A stretch of DNA of 41,857 nt from an uncultured Verrucomicrobiota bacterium (GTDB lineage Bacteria > Verrucomicrobiota > CALLYA01): positions 1-41,857 of the forward strand of contig CALLYA010000069.1 in NCBI GenBank assembly GCA_937875495.1, read 5' to 3'. A model generated the notes under the pieces. That model ran no database searches, had not been told where the DNA came from, and was given only the letters and a program-made list of their open reading frames with translations. A program made the translations under genes and the position numbers. Below are positions 20,004 to 29,821 of the stretch, in pieces; position 1 is the stretch's first letter, and every line of letters begins with the position of its first letter.

Positions 20004-20143
20004 CTCCGGTCTTGCCTGGCCGAGACCCCTTGCGGAGGGCTGCGTAACAATTGGGATTGCAATATTCGAGTGGTTTTCACACGATTTGGGCAGGTGATTC
20101 TCACTGTGACGACAAACCGTGTTTGGCCACTGGGAAGGGAGCG

Positions 20144-21412
20144 ATGAAACCCACGATCATTCATGAGCCATCTACACTGGGTCTCCGCCCGACCTTCGGC
20201 TTTGGCGACCGGATTGGGCTGGCGACGCCCGGGCATGCCGCGGCGGTTCGCAACACGCGCTTTTCGCCGGTCTTTGCGCAGCAATCGCCACGGGAGTTGG
20301 TGCGGACCGGGAGGACGCCCGAGGAGGTACTTTCGGCTGCGCGGTCGGGGGTTGAGGCTGTTGGTTGGTGTACAGCCTGGGGGGCGGACGCCGATCATCT
20401 GAAGACGGAGGCCGACGCAAAGGCGATGGCCGAAGCCGGGTTCACCATGTTCACGCTTGATCCCTCGGATCTTGTGGCCGCGGCGGCGGACCGGATGGGG
20501 CAGTCGGAGTTGGAATCAGGCCTGGAGGGGATGCTGCGGCAATCCGGGTTTGAGTCCAGGAAGGCCTTTGAAGATCGCTATCTCGGGCAGTCCTGGAACC
20601 TGAGTCCGGAGTTGGTGATGCGGTTTATGGACCGGCTGCATCTGTACCGTTTGGCCTATAAGTTCGGCCATGCGATCGCCCATGCCGAGTCCTTGGCTCG
20701 AAGCATCCAGGGTGTCTGTGCGGGCCGCGGATTCGAATTGGAGTTCGCGGTGGATGCGCTGGCGGGGCCGACGTCGCCCATGGAGCATCTCTTCATCGGA
20801 CTCGAGTTGCGCAGGCGCAAGGTTCCGATCGTGAGCTTCGCACCCCGATTCCCAGGGGTTTTTGAAAAAGGGGTCGATTTTCTCGGCGACTTGGATGTCT
20901 TCGAACGGAGCCTGATCGGCCATGCTGCGGTAGCGCGGTATTGTGGGCCGTACAAATTGAGCGTGCACAGCGGGTCGGACAAGTTCATGATTTACCCGTT
21001 GCTCGCGCGCCACTGTGAGGGAATGATCCACGTCAAGACCTCCGGCACGAGTTACCTGGAGGCCATGCGGGTGATTGCGATCGCAGAAACAGCTCTTTTC
21101 CAGGAGATTGTGCAGTGCGCGATGGCGCGGTATGCGGAGGAACGGTTATCGTATGCGGTCTCCGCGCGGATCGATCAGTTGCCGGACCCCCTGCAGCTGG
21201 CCCCGGGCGAGTTGGAGATCGAGTTTCTCGACCACGCACCGGGTCGTCAGATCATGCATGTCTCTTACGGCGCGGTGCTTTCGGGTGCGCAGACCCGCAG
21301 TGGGCGTCCGATGAAGGACGCGATCCTGGAGGCGTTGGAATCGCATGCCGCGTTATACCGCGATTTATTGGAACGACATTTAGAACGCCATCTCCAGCTC
21401 CTGGAGGGGTGA
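20144..21412 (+). CDS. uxaE: Tagaturonate/fructuronate epimerase family
   Basis: FGFGDRIGLATPGH, FAQQS.RE, GADADHLK, FEKGVD, KLSVHSGSDKF, HVKT.GTSYLEA. AAGGGAG precedes ATG 20144. Confidence 0.88.
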   Translation: MKPTIIHEPSTLGLRPTFGFGDRIGLATPGHAAAVRNTRFSPVFAQQSPRELVRTGRTPEEVLSAARSGVEAVGWCTAWGADADHLKTEADAKAMAEAGFTMFTLDPSDLVAAAADRMGQSELESGLEGMLRQSGFESRKAFEDRYLGQSWNLSPELVMRFMDRLHLYRLAYKFGHAIAHAESLARSIQGVCAGRGFELEFAVDALAGPTSPMEHLFIGLELRRRKVPIVSFAPRFPGVFEKGVDFLGDLDVFERSLIGHAAVARYCGPYKLSVHSGSDKFMIYPLLARHCEGMIHVKTSGTSYLEAMRVIAIAETALFQEIVQCAMARYAEERLSYAVSARIDQLPDPLQLAPGELEIEFLDHAPGRQIMHVSYGAVLSGAQTRSGRPMKDAILEALESHAALYRDLLERHLERHLQLLEG

Positions 21413-21465
21413 TCTCTTTTGAGGTATGAGCGGCCGTCGGGCCGTCGATGGGGAGAGTTTGAGAT

Positions 21466-22995
21466 ATGATCATCAAGAAGATGCGAATCGCGGTTCTATG
21501 CCTGGTGGGAATCATCCTGCAGCCGGTTGCGCTTGTGACAGCGCAGGAAACCGCCGTTTTGGAAGGCGGTTCGGCGGACGGACTGAAGGTGGGGATTTTT
21601 GCCATTGGTCTGGACACGTATTGGGACCAGTTCGAGGGGTTGAAGGAGAACCTGCTCGGGTATCACAAAACGATATGCGATGGACTCGAGGGCCTGGGTG
21701 CTGAGGTGGTGGACGCGGGGCTGGTGGATCATCCGAGCAAGGCGGCGGCGGCGGCGAGCCTATTTCGTCAGAGCGAGGTCGAGATGATCTTTCTTTACGT
21801 GTCGACCTACGCTCTCTCCTCGACGGTCCTGCCTGTGGTTCGGGATGTAGGCGTCCCGGTGGTGGTGCTCAGTCTTCAGCCGGTGGCTCAACTCGATTAC
21901 GAGTCGTTCAACGCCCTGGGCGATCGCGGGCTGATGACCGGCCGCTGGCTTGAGCATTGCCAGGCGTGCTCGGTCCCTGAGATCGCGTCGGTCTTCAACC
22001 GGGCGGGGATCCCGTACGAGATTGTAACCGGCTTCCTGGACGACCAGGAGGCATGGGCCGAGATCGAGGAGTGGGTACAAGCCGGGCGGGTGGTGCATGC
22101 GATGCGTCAGAACCGGATGGGAGTGCTTGGGCATTACTATCAAGGCATGCTCGATGTCTACAGTGACATGACGCTGTTGACGACGACGTTTGGCACGCAT
22201 TTCGAACTGTTGGAGATGTGCGAATTGAAGGCGCTTCGTGATGGGGTGGAGGAGGATCGTGTTCAGGCCAAGCTGGAGGAGTTTCAGGCGCAGTTCGCGG
22301 TCAGCCCCGAGTGCGAACCGTCTGAACTGCGGCGTGCGGCGCTGACCTCATGTGCGCTGGACGCGTTGGTTGCGAAGCGCGAGTTGGGGTCGATGGCCTA
22401 TTATTACGAGGGCCAACCGGGCAATGACTATGAAGATATCGTGACTTCGATCATCGCGGGGAACACGCTGTTGACGGGCCGGAACGTTCCTGTTGCGGGC
22501 GAATGCGAGATCAAGAACGCGCACGCGATGAAGATTTTGGATCTGCTGGGTGCGGGCGGGTCGTTTTCGGAGTTTTATCTGACGGACTTCGTAGAGGACC
22601 TGGTCTTCCTCGGGCATGACGGGCCGGCGCACTTTGCGATTGCGGAAGGCCCGGTCGGGCTCGTGCCGCTGCCGGTTTTTCACGGCAAGCCCGGCAAGGG
22701 GTTGTCGATTCAGATGAGTGTTCAGAACGGGCCTGTCACGCTCCTATCGGTCGTGCACAATCCGGGCGGGACGATATCGCTCCTGGTCGCCGAAGGCGAG
22801 TCGGTTCCGGGGCCGGTCCTCCAGATCGGCAATACCAACAGTCGGTATCAGTTTCCCATATCCGCGAAGGATTTCGTCAATTCGTGGGCGTATGCCGGCC
22901 CGGCGCATCATTGCGCGATTGGGGTGGGCCATTGGGCGGAGGTCTTGCGCAAGGTCGGTGGGTTATTGGGCATTGATGTGCTGATCGTCTGCTGA
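21466..22995 (+). CDS. L-arabinose/L-fucose isomerase family protein with an apparent N-terminal signal peptide
   Basis: GLDTYW.QF.GL, GMLDVYSD, AGECE, GGSFSE, GHDGPAH, HGK.G.GLS, GNTNSR, GPAHH.A.G.GH. Confidence 0.85.
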   Translation: MIIKKMRIAVLCLVGIILQPVALVTAQETAVLEGGSADGLKVGIFAIGLDTYWDQFEGLKENLLGYHKTICDGLEGLGAEVVDAGLVDHPSKAAAAASLFRQSEVEMIFLYVSTYALSSTVLPVVRDVGVPVVVLSLQPVAQLDYESFNALGDRGLMTGRWLEHCQACSVPEIASVFNRAGIPYEIVTGFLDDQEAWAEIEEWVQAGRVVHAMRQNRMGVLGHYYQGMLDVYSDMTLLTTTFGTHFELLEMCELKALRDGVEEDRVQAKLEEFQAQFAVSPECEPSELRRAALTSCALDALVAKRELGSMAYYYEGQPGNDYEDIVTSIIAGNTLLTGRNVPVAGECEIKNAHAMKILDLLGAGGSFSEFYLTDFVEDLVFLGHDGPAHFAIAEGPVGLVPLPVFHGKPGKGLSIQMSVQNGPVTLLSVVHNPGGTISLLVAEGESVPGPVLQIGNTNSRYQFPISAKDFVNSWAYAGPAHHCAIGVGHWAEVLRKVGGLLGIDVLIVC

Positions 22996-23038
22996 CGGAT
23001 GGGTGGGAACCGTGCCCTCCTGCCGTCCGGGTGTCGCC

Positions 23039-23476
23039 TCAAACCTCGGGCGGCAGGACGACGGTTCCGAGCCAGAAATCCTCGATGGAACGTACAACCC
23101 TGGTGAATTGGGTCATGTCGATCGGTTTTTGGATGTAGCAGTTGGCGTGGAGGTCGTACGCGCGCAGGACATCCTCCTGGGCACGGGAGGTCGTCAGGAT
23201 GACGACGGGGATCCGTTTCAGGGTTGGGTCTTGTTTGATGATGGCCAGGACCTCCTTGCCGTCGAGCTTGGGCAGATTGAGATCCAGGAGGACGAGGTCG
23301 GGGTGTTGTGCCCGCTCGAATGGCGGTTCCCTGCGGAGGTATGCCAGGGCGAGTTCGCCGTCTTCGACGATGGCGAGCTTATGGCTGACGGTGCTATCGC
23401 GAAATGCCATCTTCGCCAATTCCGAATCGCCGGGATTGTCTTCAACCAGGAGGATTTGGATGGGGCGCGTCTTCAA
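23039..23476 (-). CDS. Stand-alone response regulator, Rcp1-like
   Basis: LLVEDNPGD, LLDLNLPK.DG, ILTTS, ANCYIQKP, FW. The TTG start overlaps the kinase stop codon. Confidence 0.92.
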   Translation of the reverse strand: MKTRPIQILLVEDNPGDSELAKMAFRDSTVSHKLAIVEDGELALAYLRREPPFERAQHPDLVLLDLNLPKLDGKEVLAIIKQDPTLKRIPVVILTTSRAQEDVLRAYDLHANCYIQKPIDMTQFTRVVRSIEDFWLGTVVLPPEV

Positions 23477-25716
23477 GCGGTCACCTCTTCGGTCGGAAGG
23501 GGGGAGTCTTGTGGGTGTTTGGGGATGGTGAAGAAGAAGGTACTGCCCTTTCCCTCCTCGGATTCGAGCCAGATGGTTCCACCGTGCCGTTCAACGATCC
23601 GCTTACAGAGCGCCAATCCGATGCCGGTTCCTTTGTATTCGCGCCGGCTGTGGAGCCTTTGGAAGATGACAAAGATCTTCTCTTTATGACGCTCCGGGAT
23701 ACCGATGCCGTTATCGGTCACGGAGAAGACCCAGTGGTCTTGGCGTGGCTGGGCCGCCACATGGATTCTGGGAGTGTGACGACCTCTGAACTTGATGGCG
23801 TTTCCGATGAGGTTCTGAAAGAGTTGGACGAGCTGAACCGGGTTGGCATAGAGGTGCGGGAGCTCACCGTGCGTGACGATTCCGCCGGTTTCATTCAGGC
23901 TGATTTGGAGATTGGCAAGGGCGTGGTCGAGGGCGACGCGGCTGTCGATGATTTCGAATCCGCCGCCGCGGGTGGTGACTCTGGAGTATTCCAACAGGTC
24001 GTTGATCAGGCCGTGCATACGCTCGGCCCCTTCAACTGCGAAGTCGATCCACGAGTGCGCCTCGTCGTCCAGCTTGTCTGAGTATCTCTGACTCAGGAGC
24101 TGGGTGAAACTGGAGACCATGCGCAGGGGTTCTTGCAGGTCGTGCGAGGCGACATAGGCGAATTGCTCCAACTCACGATTGGAGCGTTCGAGCTCCACGG
24201 TTCTCCGGCGCACCGTTTCCTCCAGGTGCTCCTGGTGGTGGCGGAGTTTTTGCGCGTTGGCGCGGGCCTTTTGGGCAAACAGGGTGGTGAGAGCGGTCGA
24301 GAGCGCGAGGAGGAGGCCGGTCACTCCGACCATTTTTTGAGCCCTGCCTTGTTGTATGACCCTATTTCGTGGGGTTGCTGACAATGTCCACGCGCCATGA
24401 CCGGGAAAGGTCGCCGACGCAGTCTCCACGATACTACCTTCTGCGGCTTCCCATCCGTGTGACTGAAAGACAGTGGTCTGACCGCTACGTAGGCAAAACA
24501 TGAGGCTGTTCGAGGACTTTCCGAGGGTGGGTGCGAGGAACTCTTCGAGACCGATTTCGCCGAACAGGAACCCGCCGGCTCCTTGCTGTTGAAAGATTGG
24601 AACCAGGATGTGCAGGATGGCCTTGCCGGACTTCGTTTCAGTGATCGGGGAGAGAGCGGGGACTCTGTGCTCTTCGGCGAAGCGGATGGTTTCAACCAGG
24701 CTGGGATACCGGTTGAGGTCAAGACCTGGGACGCCCTCGAAGCCCTGGATTGGTTCGATGTACTGGACGGTGAGGGTGTGATCGATCCAGCCGAGGTTTC
24801 TCAATCCGCTGATTTGAGCGACATGCGCTGCTGCATCCTGCCGCCATTCCTCGATGGGCGTGCCGTTTCGAATGGACCAACGGAGGGCCATTCGATCGAT
24901 CCCGTCCAGGAGATTGTTCAAGCGGACCCTGAGTTCGTCGACTGCAGCGGAGACGGCGGAGGCGGTTTGGCTGTGCAGGTTGGTGTGGTTTTCAGCCTCC
25001 TGCGCGATCCAAGCGCCGATGTTGAGGGTCGCGACACCGAGTCCCACGCTGACCGGCAACCAGTACACGGTTGGGTAGTGGGTGGTGGTTCGTTTCCAGC
25101 AACAGGCAAGTGCGCCGATCCCCCAGAGGATGAATCCGATGGAGGAATGGATGGCGACCTGGGTCATGTTCCCGAGGTAGTATTCTTTGTGCAGTTCGAC
25201 CGAGATCCCCAGGAAGGCGATGGCGCCGATCATGACGATCAGCGATGCTGCGGTACCGGAGAGAAACGCGAGCCGTGGGGACCGGCCGCTGCGAATGCAG
25301 GCTTCGACGGTGATATAGGCAAGCAAGAAACAGCATGCGCTGCTGGGTGCCATTCGACCGGGATGAGAGGACCGCTCGGTGAGGTAGTGCACGAGGAACA
25401 GCTGATCGATCCCGAAATCGATGCTGAACAGGTATTGCAGCAGGGTGACCAGCGCGGTGCCCGCTGCGATTGCGCTTGTGATGCGGGCGGGGGTGTCTTG
25501 ATCCAGGCCGAGGCAGACCAGGGCGGCACCGCAGAGCAAGAAGCAGATGGCCGTATTGAACTGCATCGGCGCATTGCCGGGCAGCACCTGGATGAGTGAT
25601 GGGATATGGGCAACCCAACCGACGGCGGCACTCACCCCCAGGATCGCGGTGAACAAACCGCTTCCGAAGGCGAGTACCATCGTCAGTTGATGGGGTGGCG
25701 GGCGCTGAATGACCAT
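23473..25716 (-). CDS. Membrane sensor histidine kinase (multi-TM N-terminus, CHASE-like domain, Cph1/BphP-type kinase core)
   Basis: H-box FAYVASHDLQEPLR, N-box NLIGNAIKF, DNGIG, GTGIGLA, GSTF. Confidence 0.92.
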   Translation of the reverse strand: MVIQRPPPHQLTMVLAFGSGLFTAILGVSAAVGWVAHIPSLIQVLPGNAPMQFNTAICFLLCGAALVCLGLDQDTPARITSAIAAGTALVTLLQYLFSIDFGIDQLFLVHYLTERSSHPGRMAPSSACCFLLAYITVEACIRSGRSPRLAFLSGTAASLIVMIGAIAFLGISVELHKEYYLGNMTQVAIHSSIGFILWGIGALACCWKRTTTHYPTVYWLPVSVGLGVATLNIGAWIAQEAENHTNLHSQTASAVSAAVDELRVRLNNLLDGIDRMALRWSIRNGTPIEEWRQDAAAHVAQISGLRNLGWIDHTLTVQYIEPIQGFEGVPGLDLNRYPSLVETIRFAEEHRVPALSPITETKSGKAILHILVPIFQQQGAGGFLFGEIGLEEFLAPTLGKSSNSLMFCLRSGQTTVFQSHGWEAAEGSIVETASATFPGHGAWTLSATPRNRVIQQGRAQKMVGVTGLLLALSTALTTLFAQKARANAQKLRHHQEHLEETVRRRTVELERSNRELEQFAYVASHDLQEPLRMVSSFTQLLSQRYSDKLDDEAHSWIDFAVEGAERMHGLINDLLEYSRVTTRGGGFEIIDSRVALDHALANLQISLNETGGIVTHGELPHLYANPVQLVQLFQNLIGNAIKFRGRHTPRIHVAAQPRQDHWVFSVTDNGIGIPERHKEKIFVIFQRLHSRREYKGTGIGLALCKRIVERHGGTIWLESEEGKGSTFFFTIPKHPQDSPLPTEEVTA

Positions 25717-25765
25717 CGCGTTTCGTGGCCTCGGGTCGACTTAGGTCCCCGGAAGTGGTCCTGGC

Positions 25766-27451
25766 CTAGTGCAGGTGAATCGCACCGATATAGGCACCCT
25801 CGAAGGCCCAGCCGGTCGGCTGATTGACGATCTGTAATTGGATCTCTTTACCAGCGTAGGCACTCAGATCCTGATGAATATCGAGCCAGCCGTCCTTTGC
25901 GGTGGTTGCGCCGACGGTCTGCCGCAGCAGGAGCTCGTCATCGGCCCGCAGGATGAGGTCATAGTCACCGCTGGGGTGATGACTGACCGCCAGGTGCAGG
26001 GTGAGGGGCTGGTTCTGGGGGATCTCGATCCGGCTGGTGAGGATGCATGGAGTCTGCCGGTCCAGGGGATGGATGAGCAGGACGTCCTCGCGTCCGTTCC
26101 ATTCGTCCAGGATAGCCGGGGCGTCCATATCGGGGCCGCATTGGCTAAGGGTCCAGCCGGGCGCCTGATGCTTGAGGAATTCTTCCATCTTTCGCGCCTT
26201 GGACCAGGTGGTGATCTGGGCCATTTCCTCTTCGGTGAAGCGGCTATTGGCGGCAGGCCCGGGTTCCCAGCACTGCTCGAAGGCGGTTGGTTCGGGGGTC
26301 TGCTGAGGGATCAGCATGACCTCCTTGCCGTCGGCCTGGGTTTCGATACGGCCGCCTGCACGGACGACTGCTTGGCGGGCGAGTTTTTCGCAGACCTCGA
26401 CCAGGGTGGGGAAGTTGTAGGGTGTGTGACTGAACTTCCCCTCTGGATTGAGGGCGGATTTGTAGTGATCGGGGAGGTCCTGATAGCCGATGGTCGTAAA
26501 GAGGACGCCGGCGGCGTTGGACGGGTTGCAATCGGAGTCCTGGCCGCAGCGCGTGGAGATGACGATGGTCTGATCGAGGTCGCCCTTTCCGTAGAGCAGG
26601 CCCATGACGATGTAAGCGCCATTGATCTTGGCGTCGATATTGAATTTGCCTTTGTCGCACGAGAAGCGGCGATAATCGGGGTTCTTTTGATACTTGGCCT
26701 CAATCTTATTCCAGGTTGCCTGCCAGTCGTCGGGCGCCTGGTGGTACCATTTCAACACATCGCGGATGCACTCGGCATATTGGCTCTGTTGCGGAATACA
26801 GGTCAGTCCGGCGCGGACGATCGTTTCGATATCGTTTTCGAAGAAGGCGGCGGCATACATTCCGCCGACGAACTGTCCGCCATAGAGGCCGTCACCGTAG
26901 TTCATCAAGCGGCCGAAGGTCTCGCCGAGTTCGATGGCGATGTTGGGCATGCCGGGGGCGACCAGCCCCGAGAAATCGGCTTCGATCTGATAATCGATAT
27001 CATCGGCGTGGCTGTTGAATTTCGGGTGACCGGAATCGGGTGGTGCGATGCCGGAGCGGAGGTTCTCCCGGCCGTGGAGGTTGGCGTGCCAGAGTGGGTA
27101 CTCGCTGTTGGCGAAATCGATGCCCGCCTGGCGGATCGAGACATCCAGACCGTACAACTCGAGGGTACGCAGGAAGGTCATCTCGACATAGATATCGTCC
27201 TGATGGAACTGATTGATCATCTCCGGCTTCCAGGTGGGGACTTCATTTGCCGGGATGATGGCCTCCTGCCAGCGGAACTCGGTGGGGCCGCCCTGGCCGA
27301 CACCGGCCATTTGGCCGATCCAGCCGGCCATCATTTTATCGCGGTATTCGTCGAGGCCGATCTTATGGAACTGCTGGGCCGAAAGTGTGCTCGACAGCCA
27401 TATCCCTGCGAGGATGGCCGGCACGAGTTTGGGGAATGAGTGGGTATTCAT
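25766..27451 (-). CDS. Secreted ADP-ribosylglycohydrolase-family protein with an extra C-terminal domain
   Basis: Signal peptide ending LSA-QQ; G.W.GQ..G...G.P.E, QDDIY, DIDYQIEADF, GQDSDCN motifs; GAGGAG upstream. Confidence 0.85.
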   Translation of the reverse strand: MNTHSFPKLVPAILAGIWLSSTLSAQQFHKIGLDEYRDKMMAGWIGQMAGVGQGGPTEFRWQEAIIPANEVPTWKPEMINQFHQDDIYVEMTFLRTLELYGLDVSIRQAGIDFANSEYPLWHANLHGRENLRSGIAPPDSGHPKFNSHADDIDYQIEADFSGLVAPGMPNIAIELGETFGRLMNYGDGLYGGQFVGGMYAAAFFENDIETIVRAGLTCIPQQSQYAECIRDVLKWYHQAPDDWQATWNKIEAKYQKNPDYRRFSCDKGKFNIDAKINGAYIVMGLLYGKGDLDQTIVISTRCGQDSDCNPSNAAGVLFTTIGYQDLPDHYKSALNPEGKFSHTPYNFPTLVEVCEKLARQAVVRAGGRIETQADGKEVMLIPQQTPEPTAFEQCWEPGPAANSRFTEEEMAQITTWSKARKMEEFLKHQAPGWTLSQCGPDMDAPAILDEWNGREDVLLIHPLDRQTPCILTSRIEIPQNQPLTLHLAVSHHPSGDYDLILRADDELLLRQTVGATTAKDGWLDIHQDLSAYAGKEIQLQIVNQPTGWAFEGAYIGAIHLH

Positions 27452-27503
27452 GGTGTTGATCAACTCCTCGGGATTGGTTGGAGGGTGGTTGGGTTTGGGT
27501 GGG

Positions 27504-29786
27504 TCAACCTTGATGTCCTTTCACGCGTGGACGGGGACTTCGATCCAGAACATTACGAATGTCTTTCAAGAGTGACTGCGGGGAGTAGGGTTTCTGAAGC
27601 AGCAGCGTTCCTTCATTGAGGATGAAATCATGATGAAGGGAATCCTCACTGTAGCCGGTGCAGAAGAGGACGGGTAGGTCGGCGCGGCAGCGTTTCAGTT
27701 CATCGGCGACTTCCTTGCCGCTCCTTTTGGGCATGACGATGTCCAGAACGGCCAGGTCCAGGCTTGGGAGATGAAGCATGCCGAGTTCCAGGGCCTCTTG
27801 CCCGTTGGATGCGAGGATCAGCCGGTATCCGGCGTCGCGCAGGATTCGGTCGGCGATCTTGCGAACGGCATCGTCGTCTTCCGCCAGGAGGATGGTTTCA
27901 TGCCCGCCGCCGGGCGCGGGCTCTGGCTGTGCGATAGGGTCGGCCTCCTGTCCTGCCGAGACCGGGAGGAAGACCTTGAAGACCGAGCCGGCTCCTGGGT
28001 GGCTATCCACCTCGATAAAGCCCTTGTGTTGTTGCACGATACCGTAAACCATCGAGAGGCCGAGCCCGGTGCCTTTGTCTTTTGGTTTGGTGGTGAAGAA
28101 GGGGTCGAAGATGTGGTCAATGGTCGCCGGATCGATTCCAATCCCGGTATCGGCCACGGTCAGTTGGATGTATTCCTGCGTTGGTACGTCCAAACCGATC
28201 CTTGCGTCTTCTCGCTGGAGGTGCCGTTGCGCCGAACCGATCCGCAGGACACCACCCTCCGGCATCGCGTCGCGCGCGTTGATGCAGAGGTTGATGAGGA
28301 CCTGTTCCAGCTGGCCTTCATCGGCGAAAACGAGGCCGATCGCTGGGTCCAATTCGAGGGACGATTCGATGTGCTCCCCGAGCGTGGTCCGCATGAACTT
28401 GTGGATATTGGTAATGACCCGGTTGAGGTTGATGTGCTTGGCGTTGAGCACCTGACGTCGACTGAAGGCGAGGAGTTGACGGGTCAGGGTGGATGCCCTT
28501 TGGACACAGCCGTCGATCTCCGAGACGAACATGGAAATCTCGCTTTCGGACGGAAGGCACGCGCGGATGAGGTCCGCATTGCCCTGCAGGGCGGTGAGAA
28601 GGTTGTTGAAATCGTGGGCGATGCCACCCGCGAGCATTCCGACCGCTTCCATCTTCTGTGCCTGCCGCAGCTGGTTCTCCAGCTCGATTTCCTTGGTGAT
28701 GTCGCGTTTGACGGCGACGTAGTTGGTGATCTGCGCGTGCTTGTCTGTGATGGGTGAGATAATGGCGTCTTCCCAGAAGAGGGATCCATCCTTGCGTTTG
28801 TTCTGGAATCGCCCTTTCCATGAGTGCCCCGAGGAAATGGTCTCCCAGAGTTCCCGATAAAACGAAGGGGTGTGTTTTCCGCTTCTGGTGACATTGGAGG
28901 ACCTGCCTAGGACCTCCTCTTTTCTATAGCCTGTGGTCTCTTCGAAGGCGGGATTGACGTATTGGATGGTGCCCTGCGGGTCGGTGATGACGATGCATTC
29001 GCCCGCCTGATCGATCGCGGTGCCCAATCGAAGGAGGTCTTCGGCAGTCTTACGCTCCATGGTTGTGACGAGAAAGAAGACGGAAATTCCGCCGTTTCGC
29101 GGATAGACGCGCACATCGAACCAGTCACGCAGGGGTGGGGCGTCATAGTAGGTCTCGAATGTGAGGGCCACCTGGTTGCGGATTGCGTATGCGTATTTCT
29201 CCTCGAACAAGGTCCCGCGGGCCTCGGGAAAGGCATCGAAGATGGCCTTGCCGAGCACCTGATCGGCGGGCATTTTGAGGAGGCGTTCGGCGGCCGAGTT
29301 GAAGTAGACCACGCGCATTTCCGGATCGAGGGCGAAGAAACCGTCGGAGATGCTCTCCAGCAGGGAATGGAGTTCGCTCTGCTGATTGCGCAGATTTTCC
29401 TCGGCCAGGACACGTTCGCGTGCATAACGGATCGCGCGGACGAGGAACGGCCCGGTGATTTCGCCTTTCCCGACGAAGTCCTGGGCGCCGTGCTCAATCG
29501 CTTGCCGGCCGAGTTCTTCGTCATTGATCCCGGTCAGGACCAAGATCGCAGCCTGCGTTTGGGTCTCTGCCTGAAGCTGGACCAGGGTTTGGAGTCCGCC
29601 TGGGCTGTCCGGCAGGCCGAGGTCGAGCAGGATTGCGTCGAACGTGGCGACCTGCAGCTGTTGGATCCCGCGCGTGAAGGTTTCCTCATGGATCAATTCG
29701 AAGTCGGTACCCGAGGAGGCCTGCTGCAGCATCTGTTGGATAAGGACTGCATCTCCGGGATTGTCTTCGATGAGGAGCACGCGCAT
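27504..29786 (-). CDS. Cytoplasmic hybrid kinase REC-PAS-PAS-HisKA-HATPase-REC (CckA-like core)
   Basis: N-terminal [17 protein letters not shown]; two PAS/PAC domains; [36 protein letters not shown]; C-terminal REC. Confidence 0.93.
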   Translation of the reverse strand: MRVLLIEDNPGDAVLIQQMLQQASSGTDFELIHEETFTRGIQQLQVATFDAILLDLGLPDSPGGLQTLVQLQAETQTQAAILVLTGINDEELGRQAIEHGAQDFVGKGEITGPFLVRAIRYARERVLAEENLRNQQSELHSLLESISDGFFALDPEMRVVYFNSAAERLLKMPADQVLGKAIFDAFPEARGTLFEEKYAYAIRNQVALTFETYYDAPPLRDWFDVRVYPRNGGISVFFLVTTMERKTAEDLLRLGTAIDQAGECIVITDPQGTIQYVNPAFEETTGYRKEEVLGRSSNVTRSGKHTPSFYRELWETISSGHSWKGRFQNKRKDGSLFWEDAIISPITDKHAQITNYVAVKRDITKEIELENQLRQAQKMEAVGMLAGGIAHDFNNLLTALQGNADLIRACLPSESEISMFVSEIDGCVQRASTLTRQLLAFSRRQVLNAKHINLNRVITNIHKFMRTTLGEHIESSLELDPAIGLVFADEGQLEQVLINLCINARDAMPEGGVLRIGSAQRHLQREDARIGLDVPTQEYIQLTVADTGIGIDPATIDHIFDPFFTTKPKDKGTGLGLSMVYGIVQQHKGFIEVDSHPGAGSVFKVFLPVSAGQEADPIAQPEPAPGGGHETILLAEDDDAVRKIADRILRDAGYRLILASNGQEALELGMLHLPSLDLAVLDIVMPKRSGKEVADELKRCRADLPVLFCTGYSEDSLHHDFILNEGTLLLQKPYSPQSLLKDIRNVLDRSPRPRVKGHQG

Positions 29787-29821
29787 AATGTCTTCTCAGG
29801 AGCAGGGTTGTCCGGCTCTGG

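Noticed and set aside
22994-23027. Bidirectional terminator between the isomerase and the response regulator
   Set aside because: The stem is interrupted and lacks U/A tracts; too weak to call.
23473-25716. Bacteriophytochrome
   Set aside because: The kinase core is Cph1-like, but the N-terminus is membrane/CHASE-like with no PAS-GAF-PHY module.
25838-27439. 533-aa plus-strand ORF
   Set aside because: Antisense shadow of the ADP-ribosylglycohydrolase, typical of high-GC codon bias; no motifs.
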